Positions 20,394-29,219 of a DNA stretch of 42,265 bases are shown here, piece by piece; the first letter of the stretch is position 1; each line of letters opens with the position of its first letter. The notes beneath the pieces are model-generated. The model made no database searches and had not been told where the DNA came from. It saw only the letters and a program-made list of their open reading frames with translations. This DNA is from Eubacteriales bacterium (GTDB lineage Bacteria; Bacillota; Clostridia; Oscillospirales; UBA644). The stretch covers positions 1-42,265 of the forward strand of contig JAZQQT010000154.1 in assembly GCA_045629205.1 (NCBI GenBank). Direction: 5' to 3'. A program made the position numbers and the translations under genes.

Positions 20394-22181
20394 ATGACAA
20401 TAATTCCGGTTCCCAAAAAAATAATCGAAAAAAACGGTTTTTTCCCACTTGGTTCATTAACTGATATAAGAATTGCCGCGGGAAGCGACAGAAGAATAAC
20501 CAAAATAGCACTTAAATTCAGAGAAGAAGCAGAAAAGCTTACTCCCGGACAAATCAAACTGGGCAATTATTTAGCTGATGATGACATCGCTCCGTTTTGG
20601 CTGTGCATATCGCACGGAAACGGCGAGGAAGCGTATTCAATCGATATTACGGAGACAGGAATCACTGTCAAAGGCGACGGAGCGGCCGGAGCATATTACG
20701 GAATACAGACTCTTCGTCAGATTTTAAAAGAATATTCAGGTAAACTTCCCTGCTGCCATATTGAAGATTATCCGGATTTGAAAATCAGAGGCTTGTATCA
20801 CGATATTACAAGAGGCAAAGTCCCTCTTCTTAAACAGCTTTATAAAATAGTGGATTTTATTTCCGAGTATAAGATTAATCATCTGCAATTTTATGTTGAA
20901 GACGCTTATGAATTTAAGGAATACGAAGGCGTTATGACCGCCGAACGCGTTATTACAGCCGAAGAACTTATGGCTGTTGATGATTATTGCTATGATAATT
21001 TTATTGACTTTGTGCCGTCCATGTCATCTTTCGGACATTTATACAGCCTTTTGCAAAGTGATAAATACAAGCATCTTTGTGAACTTGAGAATTATGAACC
21101 CAGAGGAACTTTCTGGGGCAACAAAATGTCTCATCATACAATAGATGTTTCTAATCCGGAAAGCATAAAGTTGATAGAAAGTATGCTTGATCAATTCGTT
21201 CCCCTTTTCAGATCACAGTATTTCAATATTTGCTGTGACGAAACGTTTGATTTGTGTCACGGCAGAAATCAAGGTAAAGATCCCACAACATGTTTCTGTG
21301 AATTTGTTAATAAAATAATCAGTCATCTTCATAAATACGGTAAAACCCCGATGATGTGGGAAAGTGGCTTGGGGAATAATCTTACAAAACTGCCGTTGGA
21401 TACCGTTATGCTTTATTGGGATTACGGTCCCAATCCCGACGATACGGATTCAAAGGTTTTGCAAGAGAAAAAATACAATTTCATGGTCTGTCCCGGAACG
21501 GCGAGCTGGAGTCGGTTTCTTGAAGATGTTGACAATGCCGAACAGAATATTTCGAGAATTTCGGCAATTGCAAAAAAATACGGAGCAATCGGTCTTCTTA
21601 ATACAAACTGGGGTGATGAAGGGACAGTTTGTCCGTTTAATTGTACCCGTTATACCATTGTTCTCGGAGCCGAAAGAGGATGGACCGCGTGCGGGGATCT
21701 TCCGTCGATTGATTTTGAAATGGCGGCAAGTAAACTGCTGTATGATTCCGATGATGTTAATATAATAGAATTAATAAGAACCGGATGTACGAGCGAAACA
21801 CCAACAATGTGGTGTTATGTTACTTCATGGTATTCAGACTTGATTTCCGGCAGAAAACCATCACCGAAATGTGATATTGAAATTTTCAAAAGAGTTGAAA
21901 AGTTGATTGAAGATATAAAATCCTTGAATCAAAATGATGATCCGAGATTTTACGAATTGCTTCTTTCTGCTCGCGCCATTTTACTAAACAAGAAGATAGC
22001 GATGTATTTGGCGGGAAATGAAGATTTTTCCGATCTCAATGCACTTACAGCCGAAAAAGACGAATGGCTCGGAGAATTCCGTGAAAACTGGCTTAAAGAT
22101 AATAAATCCGGCGAACTTTTCCTGATTGAAGAAGTTTACAATAAAATACTGACATTCGGACAACCCGGACGTCAGGAATGA
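20394..22181 (+). CDS. Glycoside hydrolase family 20-like protein (putative beta-N-acetylhexosaminidase)
   Basis: 595-aa ORF. The N-terminal GH20b-like domain (IIPVPKKI...AYSIDITETGITVKGDGAAGAYYGIQTLRQIL) is followed by IEDYPDLKIRGLYHDITRGKVP and an adjacent Asp-Glu pair (NICCDETFD) where GH20 enzymes carry the catalytic D-E. No signal peptide. Confidence 0.6.
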   Translation: MTIIPVPKKIIEKNGFFPLGSLTDIRIAAGSDRRITKIALKFREEAEKLTPGQIKLGNYLADDDIAPFWLCISHGNGEEAYSIDITETGITVKGDGAAGAYYGIQTLRQILKEYSGKLPCCHIEDYPDLKIRGLYHDITRGKVPLLKQLYKIVDFISEYKINHLQFYVEDAYEFKEYEGVMTAERVITAEELMAVDDYCYDNFIDFVPSMSSFGHLYSLLQSDKYKHLCELENYEPRGTFWGNKMSHHTIDVSNPESIKLIESMLDQFVPLFRSQYFNICCDETFDLCHGRNQGKDPTTCFCEFVNKIISHLHKYGKTPMMWESGLGNNLTKLPLDTVMLYWDYGPNPDDTDSKVLQEKKYNFMVCPGTASWSRFLEDVDNAEQNISRISAIAKKYGAIGLLNTNWGDEGTVCPFNCTRYTIVLGAERGWTACGDLPSIDFEMAASKLLYDSDDVNIIELIRTGCTSETPTMWCYVTSWYSDLISGRKPSPKCDIEIFKRVEKLIEDIKSLNQNDDPRFYELLLSARAILLNKKIAMYLAGNEDFSDLNALTAEKDEWLGEFRENWLKDNKSGELFLIEEVYNKILTFGQPGRQE

Positions 22182-22197
22182 AATATAGAGGTATAAT

Positions 22198-23679
22198 ATG
22201 AATAATATTCCAAAAGTCAAACTGGCGATCGTCGTCGTCTCCCGCGACTGTTTCCCCGATAGTTTGTCTGTTTCTCGTCGTAAAGCTCTTGTTTCTGCTT
22301 ATGCAAAAAAATATGATGCATCCGATATATATGAGTGTCCTATTTGCATAGTCGAAAGTGAAGTTCACGCAATGCAGGCCCTTGCAGACATTAAAGCGGC
22401 AGGTTGCAACGCCCTTTGCGTATATCTCGGCAATTTCGGACCCGAAATATCCGAAACAATGCTGGCTCAGGAATTCGGCGGTCCCGTAATGTTCTGTGCG
22501 GCAGCCGAAGAAAGCAGTGACAGACTTGTAGGCGACAGAGGCGATGCTTTCTGTGGTATGCTTAATGCAAGTTATAATCTTAAACTCAGAAATGTTCAGT
22601 CTTATATTCCGGAATATCCGGTCGGAGATGCCGAAGATTGTGCTGATATGCTTCACAAATTCCTTCCTGTTGCAAGAGCTCTCGTCGGTCTTTCAAAACT
22701 GAAGATATTTACTTTCGGTCCCCGTCCTTTAAACTTTCTCGCATGCAACGGTCCTATCAAGCAGCTGTATAATCTCGGTGTTGAAATAGAAGAAAACTCC
22801 GAACTTGATTTATTTGAATCTTTTAACAAGCATGCAAACGACAAACGAATTCCGGACGTTGTTGCCGATATGGAAAAAGAGCTCGGCAAAGGCAATATGA
22901 AGCCGACGATTCTTCCGAAACTTGCTCAGTATGAACTTACTTTGCTTGATTGGATTGACGCGCATAAAGGTTGTAAAGAATATTTCGCCATTGCCGGAAA
23001 ATGCTGGCCTGCTTTCCAGACTCAGTTCGGATGTGTTCCATGTTACGTTAATTCACGTTTGACCGGACGCGGTATTCCGGTTTCCTGCGAAGTTGATATT
23101 TACGGTTGTCTTTCCGAGTTTATCGGCACCTGTGTTTCAGATGATATCGTAACTCTGCTTGATATCAACAATTCCGTTCCCAAAGATATGTATGAAAACG
23201 ATATTAAGGGAAAATTCGACTATAAGCTTTCTGATACGTTTATGGGATTCCATTGCGGCAATACCTGTTCTGCAAAACTTTGCAATCCTGTTATGAGAAA
23301 TCAGATGATTATGGCACGTTCTCTTCCCGAAGAAGTAACTAACGGAACAATCGAAGGAGATATAGTTCCCGGTAAAATTACATTCTTCCGTTTGCAGTCA
23401 ACCGCAGATAATCATCTTTATTCCTATATTGCCGAGGGAGAAGTTCTTCCCGTTGCAACAAAATCTTTCGGAAGTATCGGTGTATTTGCAATCAAAGAAA
23501 TGGGCAGATTCTATCGTTATTTCCTTATCGACAACGGATTCCCGCATCACGGCGCCGTTACTTTTGCTCATAACGGCAAGGCTCTTTACGATGTATTCAA
23601 ATATTTGAATGCCGAAAAGATAGGATATAATCAGCCTGCAGATTTGCCTTTTGAAAACGAAAACCCATTTAAGAAATAA
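22198..23679 (+). CDS. L-fucose/L-arabinose isomerase family protein
   Basis: 493-aa ORF. N-terminal K(V/I)..V.VSRDCFP and a swivel-domain-like region. The SCEVDIYG, GFHCGNT and FPHHGAVTFAHNG segments resemble the metal-binding and C-terminal domain of FucI/AraA-type aldose-ketose isomerases. Confidence 0.55.
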   Translation: MNNIPKVKLAIVVVSRDCFPDSLSVSRRKALVSAYAKKYDASDIYECPICIVESEVHAMQALADIKAAGCNALCVYLGNFGPEISETMLAQEFGGPVMFCAAAEESSDRLVGDRGDAFCGMLNASYNLKLRNVQSYIPEYPVGDAEDCADMLHKFLPVARALVGLSKLKIFTFGPRPLNFLACNGPIKQLYNLGVEIEENSELDLFESFNKHANDKRIPDVVADMEKELGKGNMKPTILPKLAQYELTLLDWIDAHKGCKEYFAIAGKCWPAFQTQFGCVPCYVNSRLTGRGIPVSCEVDIYGCLSEFIGTCVSDDIVTLLDINNSVPKDMYENDIKGKFDYKLSDTFMGFHCGNTCSAKLCNPVMRNQMIMARSLPEEVTNGTIEGDIVPGKITFFRLQSTADNHLYSYIAEGEVLPVATKSFGSIGVFAIKEMGRFYRYFLIDNGFPHHGAVTFAHNGKALYDVFKYLNAEKIGYNQPADLPFENENPFKK

Positions 23680-23695
23680 AAACACTATATAAGCA

Positions 23696-23730
23696 AATTA
23701 CCTGCCGATTTCATTCGGCAGGTAATTTTA
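23696..23730. terminator. Bidirectional rho-independent terminator between convergent operons
   Basis: Perfect 13-bp stem aattacctgccga (23696-23708) / tcggcaggtaatt (23715-23727) with a 6-nt loop. It is flanked by A-rich sequence on the left and T-rich sequence on the right, between the FucI-like stop (23679) and the murC stop (23750). Confidence 0.8.
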
Positions 23731-23749
23731 TGTTTGGCAGAAATAATAT

Positions 23750-25132
23750 TTAAAATTTCTTTTCACCGTAAAGTTCGGTCGTAAGGATTGCGGCCTTGTT
23801 AATATCTCCGCATCCGAGAGTTATAAACAAATCTCCCGGTTGAGCAAGTTCTTTTATTTTGTCTGCAACAGCTCTGAAATCTTTGACGAATTCGGCATTC
23901 GGAAGTCTGTCAATAATATCCTGTGCATATATATTATAGTCATCGTTTGTTTCTCTTGCTGCATAAATCGGAGTGACAAGAACTTTGTCTGCGGTTGAGA
24001 GAACTTCACAGAACTCTTTCATCAGCATTTTTGTTCTTGAATAGGTGTGCGGCTGATGGATGGCGATTATTCTTTTGAATCCCAATTCTCTTGCGGTTTT
24101 GAATACGACTCCGTAAGCGTCGGGGTGATGACCGTAATCGTCTGCAATAACGGCTCCGTTAATTGTGCAGTGATATTCAAAACGTCGTGCTACTCCTCCG
24201 AAAGATTCAAGACCTTTTTTTATGCCCGCAATGGGAAGTTTGTCTGAAAGTGCGGCAGCTGTTGCCGCAAGAGCGTTTTTAACGTTATGCTCTCCGGGAA
24301 CACGAAGATTAACGTCAAAAAGTTTTTTATTATCTTTGTTTACCGTAAATGAATACAGTCCGTGTTCTACTTTGATATCGGAAGCTGTTATATTACCTTT
24401 GTTAAGACCGAATGTTAATATATTTCCTTTGTAACCGCTTCTTTCGAGCATTTTTGCCGAGTTCTCATCCTCGGCATTGATTATAAGTGTTCCTCCGGAA
24501 CGGACGTTTCCCGTATATCTGGCAAACGAATTAATAAGATTATCTTCCGTTTTAAAATATTCCATGTGATCACATGCAATATTGAGAATAACGGATATAT
24601 CAGATTTAAAAAACAAATAACTTTCTCTGAATTCGCAGCTTTCAAAAATACAGGTTTTACCGGTTCCTTCTTTCCAGGATGTTCCGATATCAAGCATTTT
24701 GCCGCCGATAAGAGCCGAAGGATCAACGTTGCAGGCAATATTTATTGCCGTTATCATGGACGTCGTCGTCGTTTTTCCGTGTGTTCCCGCAACGCCGACA
24801 GTCCGTTCAAATCCGTCAAGAATTGCTCCGAGAAGTTCGGCCCTTCTGAAAACAGGTATGCCGAGTTCTTTTGCTTTCAGCAGTTCCGGATTGTTGTCGG
24901 CTATCGCGTCGGTTTTTACAACTGCTTCCGGCATAAAGTTTTCAATATTTTCGGCATGATGTCCGAAATATACGGTTATTCCTCTGTCTGTCAGCATTTT
25001 TGAGGTATAACTTTCCTGCATATCGGAGCCGGCAACAAGAATTCCCCGTGATTGCAGAAGACAAGCGAGTCCCGACATTGAAGAGCCACCTATGCCGATA
25101 AAATATAATTTTTTATACTCGCACAAATTCAT
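23750..25132 (-). CDS. murC: UDP-N-acetylmuramate--L-alanine ligase
   Basis: 460-aa ORF with YFIGIGGSSMSGLA and the Mur ligase P-loop GVAGTHGKTTTTSM, plus central and C-terminal Mur ligase domains. Confidence 0.95.
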   Translation of the reverse strand: MNLCEYKKLYFIGIGGSSMSGLACLLQSRGILVAGSDMQESYTSKMLTDRGITVYFGHHAENIENFMPEAVVKTDAIADNNPELLKAKELGIPVFRRAELLGAILDGFERTVGVAGTHGKTTTTSMITAINIACNVDPSALIGGKMLDIGTSWKEGTGKTCIFESCEFRESYLFFKSDISVILNIACDHMEYFKTEDNLINSFARYTGNVRSGGTLIINAEDENSAKMLERSGYKGNILTFGLNKGNITASDIKVEHGLYSFTVNKDNKKLFDVNLRVPGEHNVKNALAATAAALSDKLPIAGIKKGLESFGGVARRFEYHCTINGAVIADDYGHHPDAYGVVFKTARELGFKRIIAIHQPHTYSRTKMLMKEFCEVLSTADKVLVTPIYAARETNDDYNIYAQDIIDRLPNAEFVKDFRAVADKIKELAQPGDLFITLGCGDINKAAILTTELYGEKKF

Positions 25133-25143
25133 ATTCTGCCTCT

Positions 25144-25635
25144 TTAATAACCTTCTCCGGGATTAAGTGACGGGTCATTGTCTATCCATTCTTTTTGGAC
25201 GTCGATTAATCTGTAATCGGTTTTTGTTTCTCTTACGACTACGGTTGAGATTCCCGCATTGATAATGAGTCTTTGACACATCGAGCACGGCTGCGTTCCG
25301 GGAACGACATCACCGGTTTTAGGGTCTGTGCAGGAGAGATAAAGCGTAGAATCAAGTGCATCGACTCTTGATACTGCGATTATGGCGTTTGCTTCGGCGT
25401 GAACCGATCGGCAAAGTTCATAGCGTTGTCCTCTCGGTATCTCGAGTTTTTCACGCAGACAAGTTCCCAGATCGCAGCAGTTTGCCCGTCCTCGCGGTGC
25501 TCCGGCATAACCGGTTGACATAATTGAATCATTTTTTACGATCACGGCACCGAATCTTCGTCTGAGGCAGGTTCCACGCTCGGAAACTGTTTGTGCGATA
25601 TCCAGATAGTAATTTGTTTTGTCGATTCTGTTCAT
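25144..25635 (-). CDS. comEB: dCMP deaminase family protein (ComEB-like)
   Basis: 163-aa ORF with the zinc-deaminase motifs HAEANAI and PCSMCQRLI. Confidence 0.88.
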   Translation of the reverse strand: MNRIDKTNYYLDIAQTVSERGTCLRRRFGAVIVKNDSIMSTGYAGAPRGRANCCDLGTCLREKLEIPRGQRYELCRSVHAEANAIIAVSRVDALDSTLYLSCTDPKTGDVVPGTQPCSMCQRLIINAGISTVVVRETKTDYRLIDVQKEWIDNDPSLNPGEGY

Positions 25636-26211
25636 TTATGAAAACTCCTTGCTGTTTTTTGTGGAGATAAATGTGATTATACCGAACACAACTGATAAAC
25701 CCAATCCGATATGCCAGACTTTTATCGGTAAGTTTTTGAAGAACAGTGTAACTGCGGCGAAAATTGCAATCGCAATAAACATAAACATAAGTATTTTCAA
25801 AACAACTGCAAAACCGTTTTTGCCGTTATCTTCGCAATACATTCCGAATGCAGCGCATAGAAACGCGATATATATCATATTTGCTGCTGTTACCAATGGA
25901 TCTATAACTCCGAAAACAGAACCGATTATCGAGAAAACTTTTGCAAATGTCGTTCCGTCGATTGATCCTGTAGGGAATAAAGATGAGCAACCTCCGAAAA
26001 ATTGCAGAAAAGTAATAAACATCATAACAGATCCGTAATTTACGGCTGCCTTGAAATTCTGGTTTATTTCGGATTTTTTATTGAGCGCAAACCAGAGAAG
26101 AAGATATCCGACAAACGACGGCAAAAGGTCGAGTATCTGTCCGTTGTCAAACGTAACATTAAAGCTGAATATCAACAGCGCAAGTCCCGCATAAACGAGT
26201 ATCATAAACAT
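25636..26211 (-). CDS. Hypothetical integral membrane protein (about 5-6 TM)
   Basis: 191-aa ORF that is strongly hydrophobic throughout, with no recognisable family motif. Its stop abuts the comEB start, so it is embedded in the operon. Confidence 0.6.
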   Translation of the reverse strand: MFMILVYAGLALLIFSFNVTFDNGQILDLLPSFVGYLLLWFALNKKSEINQNFKAAVNYGSVMMFITFLQFFGGCSSLFPTGSIDGTTFAKVFSIIGSVFGVIDPLVTAANMIYIAFLCAAFGMYCEDNGKNGFAVVLKILMFMFIAIAIFAAVTLFFKNLPIKVWHIGLGLSVVFGIITFISTKNSKEFS

Positions 26212-26217
26212 TTCTCC

Positions 26218-27207
26218 TTATTTGATGTAACCGGACTGTTTTTGAACCTCTTTGATGATACGGAGTGTTTTTAAGGCCTCCTCAGGTGAAATCCAGAACG
26301 GCTTCTCTTTAATATTGTTATAAAAATCAGCTATTATTTCAGGATGAGATGTTCCCCAGTAATGTTTTATCGGATTTACTGTGTCGTCAATTATTCTTTC
26401 CGATGTTCCGTCGGAATAAAGAACATCAAGAGAGCTGCCTAAAATGCGGGCAGTCCCGTTTGTTCCGATTATTTCAAGAAAAACAGATGAGTTTTCACAA
26501 TAATCTGTTGTTGCATAGAAAATACCGTTTATTCCGTTTGCAAAAGTAAGATTTATACATGCTGTATCTTCTACGTCTATATAGTTTCCGTCGCGATCGG
26601 TAAACGCATGTCCTTTAATAACGGAAATATCACCGAAAAGCCATTGCATAAGGTCAAGCATATGAATACTTTGGTTTATTAGGACTCCTCCGCCTTCGGT
26701 TGTCATTTTTCCACGCCAACCGCTTTCGGTATAATATTCTTTTGTTCTGTTCCACGTTACCTCTGCTTTTGTTCCGATAACGGTGCCGAGTCCTTTTTTA
26801 TCAATTATTTCTTTTAAACGCTTTACTGACGGATTATATCTGTTCTGAAAACAAATGCCTATATTCGCTTCGCTTTTTTGAGCTGTTTTTATTAATTCCT
26901 CTCCTTCTTCGAGAGAAATCGCAAGCGGTTTTTCAAGAAATACATTTACGTTTTTATTTAAAAAATAAACAGCTACGGGAACATGAAGATAATGAGGAAG
27001 ACACAGATGAACACAATCCGGCTTTTCCGTTTCGTATAATTCTTTATAATCGGTATAGTAACGGCAGCCGTATTTATCGGCTTTTTCTTTTGCTCTTTCG
27101 GCTTTTATATCGCAGACCGCAACAAGCTCTACGTTATTATACTGTTTTATTGCCTGCAGATGACATTCCGAAACTGCACCGCAACCGATTACTGCAGATT
27201 TTATCAT
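26218..27207 (-). CDS. Gfo/Idh/MocA family NAD(P)-dependent oxidoreductase
   Basis: 329-aa ORF with the N-terminal Rossmann motif IKSAVIGCGAVSECHL, EKPLA at the end of the NAD domain, and a C-terminal alpha/beta domain. Confidence 0.85.
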   Translation of the reverse strand: MIKSAVIGCGAVSECHLQAIKQYNNVELVAVCDIKAERAKEKADKYGCRYYTDYKELYETEKPDCVHLCLPHYLHVPVAVYFLNKNVNVFLEKPLAISLEEGEELIKTAQKSEANIGICFQNRYNPSVKRLKEIIDKKGLGTVIGTKAEVTWNRTKEYYTESGWRGKMTTEGGGVLINQSIHMLDLMQWLFGDISVIKGHAFTDRDGNYIDVEDTACINLTFANGINGIFYATTDYCENSSVFLEIIGTNGTARILGSSLDVLYSDGTSERIIDDTVNPIKHYWGTSHPEIIADFYNNIKEKPFWISPEEALKTLRIIKEVQKQSGYIK

Positions 27208-27209
27208 AA

Positions 27210-28262
27210 TCAGTCCTTATTAAACGGAGAAACGTCTATAACGGGAAGCCCGCAGATTTCATTTTTTGCGAATCTGCTTTCGGTTTCACGTATTAATACG
27301 TCCATCCCATATTTTTCTTCTAAATATATCGTATTTTTTCTTTTCTGTCCGGTCATTCTCGAATAACCGCCTTTTCCAACGGTTATCAGTATTCCGTCAG
27401 ATTCTTTTAAGTTAATCTTATCGATTCTTTTTATTGCTTCATTCAGATAGATACGCTGAATTACCATTTCTCCGAATGCCGGATGATAAGGACCTCCCAC
27501 AACACCGTTATTTTGCGAAAGATCTGAAGAATGCAGGCCCATTCGGAGTATTTTTATGCCTTTTGACGCGAATAATTGAACTGCTTCTGCCGTTAAAGAA
27601 ACAGCTTTTTCAATGGTCAGAGGCATATACTCGCCGTTTTTGAACATTGTTTCCAGTTTTGTGTCAGCTATGACTACGGTCGGGTATATTCTTATTCCGT
27701 CCGGAGAAAGATTCGCTGCTGTTTCAAACGTTTTTCTTATGGTTTCGTCAGTATCTCCCGGTAATCCGGGCATTAATTGCAAAACCAGCCTGAAATTACG
27801 TTTTTTTATCTTTGCAACCGCATTTATCGTTTGGTCAACGGTGTGTCCGCGTTCTGATAATTCAAGCACTTTGTCGTTTAAACTCTGGACACCGAGTTCT
27901 ATATCTGTCACACCGTATTTTTCAAGCGAATCAAGTATCTCTTCAGAAATATAATCCGGTCTTGTTGAAAGCCTGATTCCCGTAACTTTTCCTTTTCCGA
28001 GATATTTGTGCGCTTCCGACAGAAAACCGACCATTCGGCTATGTTCTATTCCTGTAAATGAACCGCCGAAAAAAGCGATATCGCATTCTGTAAACGAGGA
28101 ATCCAGATTGTCTACGGCTTTTTTCAGATAATCGGATATTTTTTCAGGTTGTATTTCTTTTCCGGCTATTTTTTTCTGATTGCAGAAAACACATAGGTGT
28201 GGGCATGCCGCGTGTGTTACAAATACGGGTATCGTTGCGTGACGGTGATATGATTCGGACAT
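27210..28262 (-). CDS. Radical SAM protein, ELP3-like core without acetyltransferase domain
   Basis: 350-aa ORF with the CxxxCxxC cluster ACPHLCVFCNQ, FFGGSFT, and a TIM-barrel region (IELGVQSLND...). Its start abuts the rnc stop with a 0-nt gap. Confidence 0.8.
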   Translation of the reverse strand: MSESYHRHATIPVFVTHAACPHLCVFCNQKKIAGKEIQPEKISDYLKKAVDNLDSSFTECDIAFFGGSFTGIEHSRMVGFLSEAHKYLGKGKVTGIRLSTRPDYISEEILDSLEKYGVTDIELGVQSLNDKVLELSERGHTVDQTINAVAKIKKRNFRLVLQLMPGLPGDTDETIRKTFETAANLSPDGIRIYPTVVIADTKLETMFKNGEYMPLTIEKAVSLTAEAVQLFASKGIKILRMGLHSSDLSQNNGVVGGPYHPAFGEMVIQRIYLNEAIKRIDKINLKESDGILITVGKGGYSRMTGQKRKNTIYLEEKYGMDVLIRETESRFAKNEICGLPVIDVSPFNKD

Positions 28263-28955
28263 TCAGTCCACGACTCCCATCAGCTCAAGAGCGGCTTTTG
28301 CGGCCTGCTGTTCGGCATGTTTCTTTGAATGTGCGCTGCCTTCTCCTATTACGTTCGAATTGAGAAGAACCTGACAAACAAAGGTTTTATTGTGTTCGGG
28401 ACCGGTTTCGTCAACGACTCTGTAACTCATTTTTTCGCCTTTGTTTTTTTGGACGATTTCCTGAAGAATTGTTTTGTAGTCTGTAAACGGTTCGCTGAAT
28501 TCTTTTCCTATATTTGATATAAACGGCAGAACGAATTTTTTTGCGGTTTCGTAATCGGAATCGAGATAAATTGCCGCCAATACAGCTTCAAAACAATCCG
28601 AAACGGTTGATGGACGGTTTTTACCGACTTCTTTTTCACCTTTTCCGAAAAGTATGTAATCTCCGAGATTAAGCGTTTGGGCATATTCGTAGAGCGCTTC
28701 TTCGCATACTGATTTGGCTTTAATTTTTGTCAGGACGCCTTCGTCTTTTTCGAGGTGTTCAAAAAGATACTCTGCGGTAATCAGGGAAAGAACTGAATCC
28801 CCGAGAAATTCAAGACGTTCGTTACTTCCGCCTTTTGGATGGTGTTCGTTTTCGTAGGACGAATGAGCAAGCGCGTTTAAAAGAATATCCTTGTTTTTGA
28901 AAACATATCCGAGATTGCTTTCAAGTTCTGCCAGCCTTGCATATAAATCATCCAT
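28263..28955 (-). CDS. rnc: Ribonuclease III
   Basis: 230-aa ORF with the RNase III signature ERLEFLGDSVL and a C-terminal dsRBD (GPEHNKTF...HSKKHAEQQAAKAALE). Confidence 0.96.
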   Translation of the reverse strand: MDDLYARLAELESNLGYVFKNKDILLNALAHSSYENEHHPKGGSNERLEFLGDSVLSLITAEYLFEHLEKDEGVLTKIKAKSVCEEALYEYAQTLNLGDYILFGKGEKEVGKNRPSTVSDCFEAVLAAIYLDSDYETAKKFVLPFISNIGKEFSEPFTDYKTILQEIVQKNKGEKMSYRVVDETGPEHNKTFVCQVLLNSNVIGEGSAHSKKHAEQQAAKAALELMGVVD

Positions 28956-28970
28956 TATTCTCTCACTTCC

Positions 28971-29201
28971 TTATAATCTGCGTTCTATAAACTCTTCAAG
29001 ATCGGCAACGGTATCAACTTCCTCTTCAAGTTCGAGATCGTCTGTATTGATTCCGAACTCTTCTTCAAGCATCATAACTATTTCAACGAGATCCTGAACG
29101 TCTGCGCCCAAGTCATTGTTGAGTGACGTCTCCGGGGTAATTGAATCTTCATCTGTTTCGAAGATATCGGTCAGTATCTCACATATCTTCTTATATATCA
29201 T
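28971..29201 (-). CDS. Acyl carrier protein homologue lacking the phosphopantetheine-attachment serine (D-V-Q instead of D-S-L)
   Basis: 76-aa acidic ORF in the acpP position upstream of rnc, with ACP helix-II context NNDLGADVQDLVEIVMMLEEEFG. The minus-strand codons GAC GTT CAG were verified by hand (Val = 29097-29099). Confidence 0.75.
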   Translation of the reverse strand: MIYKKICEILTDIFETDEDSITPETSLNNDLGADVQDLVEIVMMLEEEFGINTDDLELEEEVDTVADLEEFIERRL

Positions 29202-29219
29202 ATATTAATTTATCCTTTT

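Noticed and set aside
26748-26763. parS-like sequence tgttccacgttacctc with a perfect left half-site. Similar half-sites occur near 27288-27303, 6203-6218 and 8842-8857.
   Set aside because: The right half has 5 or more mismatches to GAAACA-containing consensus. ParB needs both palindrome arms, so these are treated as chance half-sites.
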